64,000 nucleotides of DNA. It comes from Octopus sinensis. Its lineage: Eukaryota. Made by a program: the position numbers and the translations under genes. How positions within the stretch are numbered: position 1 is the first letter of the stretch; the number at the start of each line of letters is the position of its first letter. The stretch covers positions 124,001 to 188,000 of the forward strand of contig NW_021831989.1 of the NCBI RefSeq assembly GCF_006345805.1, given 5' to 3'. The notes under the pieces were generated by a model. It saw only the letters and a list, made by a program, of their open reading frames with translations. It had not been told where the DNA came from and searched no databases. Positions 37,949-50,900 of the stretch are shown piece after piece.

Positions 37949-40900
37949 ATGAATTCTCTAGGTGTCATAATTTAATCTATAAAATTTAGTAAAGCACAAT
38001 AGAACCTATTTTAAAAAAACTAAAAACGGAAATATCGTCAAATCCGTCCGAGAACATTACACCCGCAACGATGTGGGCTGTGGACTCGATGGTTGCCCAA
38101 AGTGTCCCCAACAAAGGCAATGCCCAATCAAAATGGAACCAGGAGATGAATGCTACATAATTTCATCAGACGTGGTCCTCGGACAAATCGACTTGATAGA
38201 CGATCCTATAATGAGGAACATCATTGTCCCCCAAACTGTCCTCAACCACGTATTTTCTCACTTTGGACAAATTTTAGGTAAGAAAAATCAGTTTTTCGAC
38301 ATACAAACGACTTTTGGAGATAATTAATAACACAGACAGACATTTTTATGTTTTCATGAACGAATTTCTGACGTAATAACATTTTACCAACATAGGGAGA
38401 CGTTCGATGAGTCGGTCGATTATTTCGACCCTGAAAAATTCAATTTCCATTTAATTTCCGTGATTTTACCGTGGTACACACAACATTTTGATAGAAATGT
38501 GGTCTCGTTAATTACAGACGACAAAAACTGTCTCGAAATTGCGGAGACCGACAATTTGAGGTGTTTCGGCGGTATTTTTTTCTGAAATTAAATTCAGTCT
38601 TGGAAATGATTTCCGCGGAACCTCGATTTGAATTTTTACGAGACAAAATAAACCTCGGGCCGAAGATTTTTGAGGTCACTTTTGGTAAAAAAAATTTTAA
38701 GGAAAAAAACAATCTTATTTTCCCGCCGCATATTTCCTTGGAAGAGACAAGAAAGGGATTCCAAGAGGGAACACTACATCAAGGAATATTCCACAGAAAT
38801 CCGCGAAATTACCTGAAAGGATACGTTTTAATCACTGAGGTTGAAAACATTTCAGAAAAAGTAAAAATTTCTACAAAAATGTTTAGATTTTAATTTCGGG
38901 AGTCGAGAATATGAACAGAGCCATTGACGGTGATTCCGTGGCCGTGGAAGTGTTGGTCCCGGATCTTTGGAGTACTCAGGGCACTGAAGATAAGCTCGAG
39001 GAATCCATCCAAATCAATGCGGATTGTGAAATCACGGAAATTGTCAATTCAGAGGTTTTAAAGACGGGGAAAGTGGTTTGTGTTGTCCAAAGGCGTGTCG
39101 TCAATTTTTGTGGTTCTCTTCAGCCGGTTGACCCCAACGTTGATCCCGTTGGTTATGTTAATTTGCTATTTCAGGGATTCAAACATTTGCTGGTTCCACT
39201 GAACAGAAAATATCCAAAAATAAGGATTGAAACTCACCAATTCGAACGTCTTGCGGACAAAAAAATTGTAGTTGCCGTTGACTGTTGGCCACGCGATTCG
39301 TTTTATCCGCGGGTTTGTTAATTTGTGAGGATTGTAGGGACATTTGGTTTCCGTGATTGGAGTTTCGGGGGACAGAGAAACCGAGGGTGAGGTTGTTTTG
39401 GTTAATCACTCCATTCCCCACGGAGAGTTTCCACGTTGTGTCCTCGACTGTTTACCCTCCATCGATTGGAAAATTCCGCCAGAAGAGCGTGAAAAAAGAA
39501 TGGATTTCCGTGATTTAGTCATTTGTTCTGTGGATCCTCCGGGATGTACTGATATTGACGACGCCCTCCACTGCCGTGTTTTGGATGGGTCCCCGAATTT
39601 GTTTCAAGTCGGGATTCACATTGCCGACGTTTCTTATTTCGTTCATCCCGGAACTGACATCGACCAGTGTGCTGCCGACAGAGCCACAACAGTCTATCTT
39701 TCTGATAAAGTCATTTTTATGACACATCTGTAGAGAATCGACATGATTCCGCCAATTCTCAGCAGTAATCTTTGCTCTCTTAAAGAGAATGTGGAAAGGT
39801 TGAATTTTCATGTTTATTTAAGATTGGCTTTTTCTGTGATTTTAACGATGGACAGCGAGGCCAATGTGTTAGAAACGAGTTTCCATAAAAGCATTATTTC
39901 GTCTAAAGTGATATTTCAGATTGTTAAATATTAGGCCTCATTGACGTATCACGCCGCACAAATGTTGATAGACTCTGAGCATGAACAAGGACAGATTGCT
40001 CAAAGTTTGAGAATTCTCAACCGACTGGCCAAAATATTGCGGAAAAAACGAATGGACAATGGGTTGGGATAAAATGTGATTTTTAGCTCGATTGCTCTCA
40101 TCTCGATGGACTGCCTCATAGAAATGGACCAAGACAACAACGACCCCATCGACGTCATTTCTAAAAAACTGCTGTATTTTGATTAATCATTTGTTTTATA
40201 GCGACACAAACTCGATGGTAGAAGAATTTATGTTATTGGCAAATATTTCCGTAGCCCGACGTATAGTCCAGGACTTTCCCGAATCTGCAGTCATCAGAAA
40301 CCACCGTGAACCACCTTCTAGCAACTTTGATCCTCTCAGAAGAATAGCTGCAGTGCATGTAATGTCGTGGAATGATATTTCTAGGGGTTTTCAGTGGACT
40401 CCAGCAACGGTCGTGAACTATCTCGGTCTCTAGAAAACGCGGTGGTGGATGGAAATCCATATTTTAACACTCTTCTCCGTCTAATCACAGCACGGTGTTT
40501 TCTCCAGGCACAATACTGCTGTTCTGGATCACTTCCTCCAGAAGATTACTTTCACTATGGACTGGCAACACCTGTTTATACTCATTTTACGTCCCCCATA
40601 CGGAGGTAACGAGTTTCCGTGATTCCGTAGATATGCAGATATTATGGTTCATCGACTTTTGGCTGTCTCCATAGGTACGGATAAATCGACTCCCGGGCTT
40701 TTGGACAGGCGGGAAATTATTGTGAGGAATTGTGGTTTTTTAATATAGGAAATTTGCCAACATATAAACTACAGGACTAAGATGGCAAGAGATGCTAGCA
40801 GAGCTTCTTTCAATTTCTTTTCGATTGTACAATTTACTATTTTTATTTTAAAGTTGACTTTTAAAGGGAAGCCTCGGGATGTTTCGGCTTATGTGATTGG

Positions 40901-41207
40901 TCTTCGTAGAAATGCTATTGACGTGATTGTTCCTCATTATCGAATTGAGACGTCTATTCATATTCCCGATTCTGTCATCGATCATTTCGTTTTTGATGAG
41001 GAGGTTAGGTTTTGTTTTAAATTGAAGAATCTGAAATTGAGTTTGGGAGCTATTAGTTTTACTATTGCTGATAAAGTGACTGTCCATGTTTCCGTAGACG
41101 AAAGTTCCTACATGGCGAGAAGAAAAATATGCGTGTCTCTGATAGACCCCTACGTATTGAATGAATTTTTGCTATTTTAGATTGAACTACTTTCTCCTCA
41201 GATTTAG
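37949..41207 (+). CDS. DIS3: Exosome catalytic subunit DIS3/Rrp44
   Basis: [94 protein letters not shown]. About 16 introns of 23-29 nt. Confidence 0.95.
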
Positions 41208-41987
41208 TTATGTTGTCCTGTTATAATTGTTTCTGAATTTTATGATTTTTAATAAGTTTGAATGTTAAGGTTGAATAATGGAATATTAAATTCTTTGAAA
41301 TTAAGAAAACACGTGATTTTGACATTTTATTAAAATATTTGAATGTTAAGGTTGGCATTCTATTTTTTTACTCAAAAAATGTAGAGGACAGGTTACAGCT
41401 ATGTTAAAAAATTTTTTAATTGAGAGCAGTAGAGTGGATTTTGGTTGAGCGAAATGTTTTGAGGAAATTACTTAGTTATATATACTGTAAAATTATATTA
41501 ATTTTCATGTATATTTTATAATGTAGCTGAGCAAACAGAATTAAAAAATGTCGGAAAAAGACTGTAGAAAATGTGAAACGTATTTTTTGTTAATTGGCAA
41601 TTTGGATTTTTAATGACTCACATGTGGTTTTATAAGCAGATCAATTTTGATTAATTATAGATAAAAATGCTAAAACAGTAATTAATTAGTTTTTTTACTC
41701 AGTTTTAAAATGATTTAAAGAGCAAATTTATTCTCTTTCAATCTCGGAGGTAAGCGCTTATGTTAATTTGTTAAAATTTTCTAGGTTATAATTATCATAA
41801 TGATTACTAATTGATATAATTTGATAATTAAAACCCGATTCATATTAATCCATCTTGGGATAAAAACAGATTAACAAGAGCATTCTTAACTTACAGTGGA
41901 TAATCATAAAGAACAAATTAAACTCGTTTAGCCTTAAAAATCACAAAATAATGAAATCATATTTCAAAAAGAACAAAAAGTGACCGA

Positions 41988-43103
41988 TTAATAGACATGA
42001 ATAGACTTATTATCGTCAATGAATCTGTTTTGAGCATACTTCCAGTACATAAGATCGAATTCAGAACAAATAGGCCGAGGATTCGACCTCGTTAAATGCG
42101 GAAATTTTTTTTGGAAAAAATATGTTGCCTCTTCCAAGTGATAGTGTGGAATGATTGGAAATAAATGATGAATTTGATGAGTTCCAATGTTATGAATAAC
42201 CCCGTGACACCACCCGTAATGTCTGTCGATAGACGAAAGTTGTCCCTTCACATAATTCCACTCATGATCAGAGTACCACGGAACATCAACGTCATGGTGG
42301 TGGAGAAATGTAATAACCACAATATACACTCCAAATACGGCAACAGGGGCAAAATAGTGACAAATCATATACACAAACCCATATTTTAAACAACATTGAA
42401 ATATAAAATATATCCAGCCTGCAAGAGTCACAAGGGATAGAAGGACGTTAAAAAAGTGTTTGAGATGTCTAGTTGAGATTGGATTGATGTGGGAATGATT
42501 CCTCGGTTCAAATCCAAAACAGAGATAATAAAACCAGCCCATGAAAAGACCAAAGTAGGGAAGATTGACATAAGATTCTTTGGATTTATCCCGTTTCCTG
42601 ATTGGATAGAATACTTCGTCTTTTTCTATGTTATTTGAATTCTTGTGATGAATGTTGTGAGATATTTTCCAAGGGAAATAAGGACACATTAAAAAAGTAT
42701 GAAGAACAAGACCAACCAGATTATTCAGTTTTGTATATTTCGAAAAAGATCCGTGCCCACAGTCGTGTCCCAACACGAAAATGGCAGTGAAATATGTCCC
42801 TTGTACATAAATGTAGAACACAAGGAATGAATAATATGCAGGAGAAAATTCAATAAGTGGCATAATTGTTTTAGAAATGTAGAAAATGAACAAAATGATA
42901 AAAATGTCTTTAAATACGTAGTAAAGTGATGTACTGACATGTGACTCAAAACAGCGAGTAGGGATTGCGCTCTTTATTTCGGAGAGAGAAGGAATGTTTT
43001 CTTCGGAAGGCTCACTAAGGCCCAAAAGTGAATCCTTCATTTTGTAAGAGTTTTTAAATGACTCTTTCATTTCAAAGGTTAGATCTGACTCATAAGGACA
43101 CAT
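41988..43103 (-). CDS. Methyl-end (omega-3/Delta12-Delta17 type) fatty acid desaturase, intronless, 371 aa
   Basis: His boxes HDCGH, HNIHH, HQIHH; EIKSAIP; WNYVKGQLSSIDRHYG; HLFPIIPHYHLEEAT. One uninterrupted ORF. Confidence 0.93.
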   Translation of the reverse strand: MCPYESDLTFEMKESFKNSYKMKDSLLGLSEPSEENIPSLSEIKSAIPTRCFESHVSTSLYYVFKDIFIILFIFYISKTIMPLIEFSPAYYSFLVFYIYVQGTYFTAIFVLGHDCGHGSFSKYTKLNNLVGLVLHTFLMCPYFPWKISHNIHHKNSNNIEKDEVFYPIRKRDKSKESYVNLPYFGLFMGWFYYLCFGFEPRNHSHINPISTRHLKHFFNVLLSLVTLAGWIYFIFQCCLKYGFVYMICHYFAPVAVFGVYIVVITFLHHHDVDVPWYSDHEWNYVKGQLSSIDRHYGWCHGVIHNIGTHQIHHLFPIIPHYHLEEATYFFQKKFPHLTRSNPRPICSEFDLMYWKYAQNRFIDDNKSIHVY

Positions 43104-43321
43104 GTGACTGAATTAATTTAAAACGTAAGTGTTTTCATATTATATTTAAAAAATAATTAATATAAATAAATGAAATATTAATCAAATCTTTTTAAATTTT
43201 TTAATGTACTTTGATTTATATGTGAAAAATAATAATATAAATTGGCGGATTTTAACTGATTCTTGTGCGGCACCTTAATATTGGTATATTAATATTAATT
43301 AAAACATATTTATCTAGTCAT

Positions 43322-43988
43322 ATGCCGAACCTTCGTGATTACAAAGATTTTGAAACATACCTTTATGGAAAAAATGCTTCCTGTGATCGTTATAACAGTA
43401 ACATACAATCAATCATAAAAAAGGTATTTTTATCGAATAAAAAAATAGTACAACCGTCCATTCCTCGACGATTCCATTATTTGTCTCAAAACTATGACTG
43501 TGGTTGAAAATAAAGGTATTTTAAGGGTTTTTATTTTCTAGGATTATTCGATCGAACAAATTTTCCTAAATTTGGTGAATGTGACTACATTGTAGGAATT
43601 GGAGACATCGAAGGTTTTTATTCATTTTTTTGACTTAAAGAGTCCTTTAATTCTAAAAATACCACTTCTACTGCCCACGAAATTTTGGTTTTGTGAAAAT
43701 TTAATTTTAGGAATCGACAATGACTGAAGAATTTGAAAAAATGTTTATTGACGAAAAATCAGCAAAGCGTAAAAATTCTAAAATTCATTCCAAACCTGAA
43801 CTCGAGGATTCGGGGATTTGGTCAGCGTCTTCTGTTAGTGTTAAGAGGTAGAATGATTTGTTTATTCGTTCAGACCTGTTTTTGAGAAAGGATTGTCGGG
43901 TGAAGACTCTTCGTTGAATTTAACGGAGGAATTATTTTTAAGAGATATTCCTTCGGTGAAAAGGATTAATGTGACCCGATATTCTTAA
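43322..43988 (+). CDS. Candidate Scm3/HJURP-like CENP-A chaperone, about 180 aa, 6 exons
   Basis: Five GT-AG introns (43424-43448, 43516-43541, 43614-43640 and two more of 23 and 26 nt) give one open frame. NASCDRYNSNIQSIIKK|YNRPFLDDSIICLKTMTVVENKG|L aligns without gaps to recalled human HJURP RASRRRFQRRMQRLIEKYNQPFEDTPVVQMATLTYETPQGL. Confidence 0.65.
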
Positions 43989-44639
43989 CTTTAACATTTT
44001 TGTTATAATTATCTGTCCTTAACTTGTTTTGATTTGCTTATTTAAAAATAAGATTTAATTTTTTACAGAGACGTCCTGTTTTTGCTCGGATTTTAAATAG
44101 TTATTTAGTAAAAAACTACTTTGATTCAACAATAATTTACGACGTAATCTTAATCAAGATCGATCAATCTCTTTGTAATTAGTCATTCTTAATCACTCAG
44201 ATTTTTTTTTTTTTTTTTTCAAAGGAAGTTAATTTATTAAGACGATGTGTAAATTATCACTCAGATGATATTTTAATTGTTATCGATGTGTAAATAAACA
44301 TTACTGACACAGACCAATTAATTTTGAAATAAGTTGTACCATCTCGCGAACTACGCTTTCGACCAGGGTGACCTACATAGTTGACAGAGTGATCTAAATA
44401 GTTTGACTCTAATTACTGACTACAAATAATTGCTAAAAATTCAAAAAACTCAACATTTTTAACTCTATTCATAGTAATTATCTTGGTTTCATTTTGTTGT
44501 TAACTGTTATTAGACATGATATTTTTACTTTTTCTTTTCTTCATATGGGGATTCAAATTTGTGTAACTTCAGTGACGGCTTCGTTCCACAGTCATTTAAG
44601 ATTTGAACCTCCTAAACTGTTATTATTCAATTAAACTTC

Positions 44640-45290
44640 ATTATTCTTGATAAGCACATCATAAAACAGCTTTAGTAAAGTTTTCTCGTTTGTGCCACCC
44701 TCTCCTGGATGCTTTTTGTTAATCGCTTCCAGTTCTCTCCCTTCCTTTATAGTTCTTTCAGGAGGACAAGGTCGTCTGCCGATTTCAGCTATTTTCCACT
44801 CAAGGTATTGATGTAGAACGGATGGAAGCGTAATTCGTTGTCTTCCTCTGAAGGTCAATCTAGGATGAGTAGCGTATAAGTTTTCAATCCCGAGATTATC
44901 GTGAGTACTTTCCATTCTTAAGATGTGACCGAATAAACCATATCTGTTACTTCTTATTTTTCAGTCCAGGGGATGTGTATTGTAATAGGATGGAGGTATA
45001 TATTCGAGATGTGCTTTCGCCAGAATATTCTTAAGATGTATCTGAGCTACATTTTATGCAAGGAGCTGAGACTTCCATTTCATATATTGTGAGTTCCCAA
45101 GTAGAATTGTACAATAGGACCAGTTTCACTAACATGTCGTATAATTTGATTTTCAGAGAGAAATAAATTTGTTTACCTAGTAACCATATATTGTTTAGTT
45201 TTTAAGAGCGAACTTTGCTAGTGATTTTCTTTTTAGTATATCCTCTCTATCTCCTAAAAGTGCCAAGTATCTTTTTATTCTTCCATTTTT
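44640..45290 (-). mobile_element. Degenerate RTE-like 3' fragment
   Basis: LGTLLGDREDI..KIKLYDMLVKLVLLYN..LFGHILRM..FRGRQRITLP. Confidence 0.7.
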
Positions 45291-45327
45291 CGTCGTGTCG
45301 TTGTTCGCAGCGCCGAACTATTGTATA

Positions 45328-47010
45328 CAGTGTGACTTCCTAAATTCGACACAAAGTGACCAAAAACGCAAGGGTGGCTCAAAAACAGAAATTTGTTATT
45401 ATTTTTTTTCAAATTACATCAATAATAAGCATCAAATAACATTTTACCAAAATAATCAGTTATTTTGATCTTAGTTTTAGAGTTTTGTCGGATATTATTC
45501 CTCAATTTTAAACGAAAATCATAAAAATCTCGGAGCATTTTTGGTAAAATCTTTTTTCTAAATTATTAGGGAGATCTTTTGTTTCCACTACGATATTTTC
45601 AGAATTCTCAATTTCTGAACATCCATTATAGATATAATTGTAGGATTCTTCGCATTCTACCTTAATTGTTTCAAAATAATTTAGGTGTTGATCCGGTAGA
45701 CAGTCTGTTGCATCACGGTTACTGTCGATTCTCTTTTAACAATTAACAATAAATGCCACATCTATTTTCTCCCAGCCTTTTGAAATTATCATCACGACAT
45801 GACGCAAGTTTAATTTTGAAATAGAATGTATAACATCGTTTTCGACATCTTGAATACATAAAAATTCCAAATATAATCTTTCAAAGTCTTGATTAAAAGG
45901 TTGTAAATAGGGCGTTGTATTTTTCAGTAAAAATAAAAATTCGATTTTGAATATTTAACAGTTTGATGGCATCCCGCATTGTCAAGTAACAATAATATTT
46001 TTTGGTTTTTATTGCAAAAAATTCATTTATTAGCCTAAGCCAACTCACAAAGGTCTTTACAGTCATCCATGCATTTTTAGTAGACGAATAAAATAACCTA
46101 AACTCTTGTGCATCAAAATTGTTTAGACACTAAGAGTTTTTTGTACTTTCCAATAATTAACGGATCAAGTTTTTTGCAATTAAACTGCAGTATAGAAGAA
46201 CAGTGAGTCTTTCTTTTCCTTTTTTATAGCTAAAACATGGTTTGCCTTTTCAACAAATAATTTTTGAGGAGTTCTTTTAATAAAAAGTGTGGTTTCATTG
46301 CAGTTAAATACATTTTCAGGTCCATATTTTAGTAATTTCACGCCTATTTTTTTAAAATAATCTTTTACATGCGATAATTCGCTTGAGGCCTTTTCTCCAC
46401 ATATTGACTTAAATTGAAGCTCATGTCGTAATTTAGATCAATTAAGCCACCTATTATAAACTTTAAAAGAAGTAAATGTAACCATGACAATTTTTTAGAA
46501 ATAGGGCCGGAATTTTATACATTCAGAGTTTTGGAAATATTTCTAAGATTTGATCATCAAATTTTTCTCTATCGCCGTTAAATATCTCAAATAATATTGC
46601 CGGTGTGTAAGAAAGGTACAATATTTTGTTTGACTTTCGAAATAGTTACTTTGTTGGTTGCCACGAAAGATCCCAACGAGTCGATCAGACTCTTTCAAAG
46701 GATCTCATTGGCCATCATGCGCGGGAATTGCCAGTCGATTCTCTGCGCATTTTAACTCTTTTCGTTTATTAATATAAATTGGTATCTAAAAAAAAAAAGT
46801 TACTTTGTTTGTCTTGTACTTTGTGATTAGTTGCGTCTCAGATAAATTGTTCCTAAAAATTTCTTTAGAAATTTTCAATTTAGTTTTATAATTTTTAGCC
46901 TGTCTGCCTGTTTGTGTGTGCACCAACTTCATATTGGGAAAGCACAGATAAATTGTTAAAATCCTCTCCCTTAAATAATGGGGAACAAGCCCAAAATGAA
47001 TAGGTGCTCC
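45328..47010 (-). mobile_element. Degenerate pogo/Tigger element retaining DDD-core remnants
   Basis: TA|CAGTGTGAC end; homologous to 26909-28011 at both ends; extra core ICGEKAS, YGPENVFNCNET, NAWMT, LLLLDNAGCH, LQPFNQ. Confidence 0.8.
46656..46797 (+). mobile_element. About 140-bp CRE 3' fragment inserted in the pogo element
   Basis: LFQRISLAIMRGN, poly(A); 12-bp TSD AGTTACTTTGTT at 46644-46655 and 46798-46809. Confidence 0.85.
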
Positions 47011-47019
47011 AAAAATATC

Positions 47020-47850
47020 CTCAAGAATATCCTCAATGACGAGGTCCTTCAAACCTTCTCGCCAAAAATAAAAAAATATATTTTTTTGATTTTATTTTAA
47101 ATGAACAACATCCACGTCCTCGACTCACATGATGAGGTCCTCCAGACCTTCACGCCAAAAAAATAATTTTCTGCATTTTGGCTAAAATAAGCAAAGTGAA
47201 TGTCCTCGACACGCATGTTGAAGTCGATTAAAACATTCCAGATTTTCTCTTTAAAATTAAATGCCAATATATCGTTATCGACTATGAATCAAAATTAAAG
47301 CTGTTATCAAATTTGACCCTGACAGAGTGAGCAATTAACAGCTTTTCGACCTTGAACAAAGCGTGCAATTACCTTGAACAGTGTAAAAAAATCTTAATAC
47401 TATAACCAATTAGCACATTTTCGAAATCGAGGATCCATTCTTCTGCGGCAAACCCTTGTTCGGCTGCAAACCACGCCGAAAAGATCAAAATACATAAATA
47501 TTCTTCGCTCGCGGACCGCTACCGCGTTACGGCAATCGCTCTGGAGACCGCTGGAGTTGCAGGAAAGGAGACTGACTCGTTTCTCAAAGAGGTCTGGCAG
47601 TCCATCGGGAGAAGGCTCAAGGACTCGAGAGAGAGCCTCTGGTTCCGCCAGCGCATCGGCCTGGCCATTGTTCGGGGCAACGCACACTGCGTCCTCGCCG
47701 CTGGAACTTAACTATTTTCGGTGTTAATTTTCCAAAAAAAAAAAGAAAAAAAAAATTAGCACATTCATTAACACAATTGACCACAATTGACAGCGCAATT
47801 AGAAGATTAAAATGGAATTTTTTTTCGGTATTCCTCTTTTTTGAATCTTT
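47020..47850 (+). mobile_element. Diverged relative of the 30862-33493 Helitron interior
   Basis: Reverse-complement similarity to about 31860-32450, with only 2-3 minisatellite units; interrupted by a CRE-B insertion. Confidence 0.75.
47420..47753 (+). mobile_element. 5'-truncated CRE family B copy
   Basis: Near-identical to 30285-30595; 12-bp TSD AATTAGCACATT at 47408-47419 and 47754-47765. Confidence 0.93.
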
Positions 47851-49849
47851 TTAATTATCGGCGTCGTTAAACGACCCTTAGGCTTTCGACTACTCTTTCA
47901 GTCACCTACCATAGCTAGCATCTAACCTTTTCTTAATATAGTAAAAGTTTTACCCAAAGAAGATTTATTTTTAAAAGATTTGCAGACTACAAATTTGCTG
48001 GAGATGTCAATAATTGTTAATATCCAATTATATCAATCGTTAAAATTTTTATATTTTCTAACATCGATAAGATACGCTTAAAATCCTTTATTTGTACTTC
48101 TTGCCGTTATATGGTAATTAGAGTGGGATAATTAAGTAAATTTATTCAAAAATACTTTTAATGGGCGAGCAAATTTACAAATTTTGCAGTCTTATAATTT
48201 GTTCGATAATAGGGCATGTTTCACAGTAAAATAAAATTAACTGCACTTCTTATGAAGTTTTAGTATTTCCCAGTGGCATTCTCGGTGAATAGCAAACTCC
48301 ACTGTCTTCATATGTATTTCATTGTCCAAGAAGATAAACAATTTGTGTTTTTGGTCATTTTCGTCTTTTAGATCGAGGCTATAAATTAGCAACTAAAAAC
48401 ATATCGATCATAAATTATCATAAATTGATAGTTTTTAATTGGATGTCAAACTATGTAGGCCACGCTGTCAACTATGTTGGTCTCCGAGGTGGGAACCGAC
48501 ATAATAGTCTGACTTGATAATTCTTAGAAAAAAGAATTCCTATGCTTAACTTCACAAGGCCCAACTCTCAGTTCAAAATTATAACTGTAAGATGCTATTA
48601 TTATTCCGAAGATTTTTTTAAAAGCTATTTAAGACGTTAATGACAAATTGGATAATATTTGTGTGAATTTCTAAACTCGATCCTGACCTAATCCCACAGA
48701 AAAGAGCAAAGACCAATAAGTATTCCAAAATGACACAAGACACAAAATACTTATATTTAAAAAATATTGTTTTATTATAAGTTTTCAAATGATTTAACTA
48801 ATTGTAATAAAACATTTGTACAACGTGTTTTTGTTGTTAGTTGGAATTTAACCCCAGTTCTTTTTGTAGTTCTGGTCTCACAGTTCCATACATTATTACT
48901 CGAGTTTAACAATAATCTCGAGAACATGTCTCAATAAGTTGGATGTTAACCACATCAAATTTTATTTGGTGTTCTACGAGTCCATAAAATATATCCCAAT
49001 AGTTTTATATGGGAACATTCTTCTTTACATGCAGTAGCAATTCTTTAATTTTAGGAAGGGAACAAAATCTGTAAAATAATAGGCTAAGCTCTTGTTTTTT
49101 TATGAGACATCACTTGCATTCAAATAAACAAATTGTTAATTGTTGCTGTTATTTCTACGTTAATTAAAGTATGAATTTATATCAATTAAATTTGGCCTTT
49201 TTCTCTGCTTAAGCAACTCGCAAGGCACATGAGGACTATTACTCTTTAGCTCTGTGTGAATCCAATTATCACGTAATATAAAAACGAGGTCATTCTTTAA
49301 TATATAATAGACTCAAAGAGAGAAATTTAACGGAAACTAAAAATTGCAACCAATAAGGGAGGATGAAGTCAAAAAAGTTAAAAAAATCAAACAACTTGAA
49401 TAAACAAAAGGTAAATATGCCGATACCGAGTTGTCGATTGCCAGTAGGCCATCTAATATACGGAATAAGTCCACCACTGAGGATGAGGTTTTGTCCTGAT
49501 TTTGAATTCACTCTCTAAATTCGGAATGCAAGCAAACACCTTCCGAGCCTGCAGTAGTGTCATCATTCAATGTGTGGTCAAATTTTGTTAAATGTCAAAT
49601 GAGTGGGAAATCTTCCAATGCAGTCATTTAGATTAACTTTTGATACAAAATCATAAACATAAAGTAAAGAGTACCTCGAGTCCATGAAAGGACACTTAAG
49701 CAGTAGGCCGAGGAGATAAAAGGCTTTGAGAGCGATCCAGCTACTAAACAAAGTCGATAAGACTAAAGGATTGGTTATAAACGATAAGAATGAAAGACAA
49801 CTGATTAAAAAACTAAACATTCTAGTTCAATTTGAATCTCTCTGATGAC

Positions 49850-50520
49850 AAAAAAAACCCAATTTGTCAAAGATCCTATTCCAATAACGCTGTTGGAAAT
49901 ACAAACAGCAATCATTAATGAATTTTTTACTACGATTACGTTATCGAAAAAAAATTTGATAGATATGCAACACGTGAAGAACACAGATCCGATATTGACA
50001 CATATATTGCTTCCAAAGTCCAAGATATTTTCCTAAAACGTCGTGTTGAAAAATATTTCCAGCTAATTGAACCAATTGCTGTCGCTTTAGACAAAATGCA
50101 AAATGATTCTACGAATATTTGCCATTCTGTAGAAATTTGGAAGTAACTTGAACAACTTATATGGACTATAAATGTACGGCTATTTTAGACAAAATCAAAA
50201 CTCGAGCTGATTAAGCATTAACTTTTTTCCACTTACTTTCGAATGTTGTGGGAAATCTCTTACAACTGTAGAGATTGACCTCGCTTTGGAGTATTGTGCT
50301 GAACATTATAAATATTCTCTTCCGACTCTGATTAATTTCAGAACAAGACCTGAACCATTTAAGCAATACATGTTTGCTCTAAACTTATTAAGTACAATAT
50401 CACCTATAGCTTGGTGAGAGTTGAAATCTTGTCAGTTACCTTCTGAAACAATTCTACTCTTCAAACAAAATTGGAACAGCCGCTTCAACAGGTGGAATAA
50501 AACGAATTTTTTTGACTTTT
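49850..50520 (+). mobile_element. Degenerate hAT transposase C-terminal remnant
   Basis: LIEPIAVALDKMQ..VEIWK, PFKQYMF..ISPIAW, TAASTGGIKRIF.TFG. Confidence 0.65.
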
Positions 50521-50526
50521 GGATTC

Positions 50527-50900
50527 TTACGTGAGAACCAACGGTACGACATTTGCATTGTGGATTAACCTCAATTTGCTTGCTAAAAGGTCGTGTTTAT
50601 GTAATTTCTCAACTTCCACATGCTTCAAAGATTGTGGAGAAGTAATCCATACTTCGATCAGCGTAATGATGTTCCGAACTTTGTCGTAGACAAAAATGTC
50701 CGGTTTATTATTATTGACTGAATCCTGCCGGCCCTGCAAGCAACATAGTGGTGTCGTATTTTTAAACACCGACTGCTTTCAAGGAAGAAAATGCATAATC
50801 CTGTCACTTCTTTACGAAATGACCTATAAATGTTTGCATGCTGAGACATAGACGACCTCCAAAAAATCGCAATCTAAAAAGGCATTAACGGAGAAAATCA
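50527..50900 (-). mobile_element. REL endonuclease fragment of an R2/R4-group non-LTR element
   Basis: NNKPDIFVYDKVRNIITLIEVWITS..EVEKLHKHDLLA. Confidence 0.7.

Noticed and set aside
41988-43103. Bacterial contamination for the intronless desaturase
   Set aside because: Composition matches the host, it is flanked by intron-containing genes, and the motifs are eukaryotic omega-x type.
47850-49800. Host gene in this interval
   Set aside because: Only short stop-riddled frames; probably old TE debris that I could not classify.
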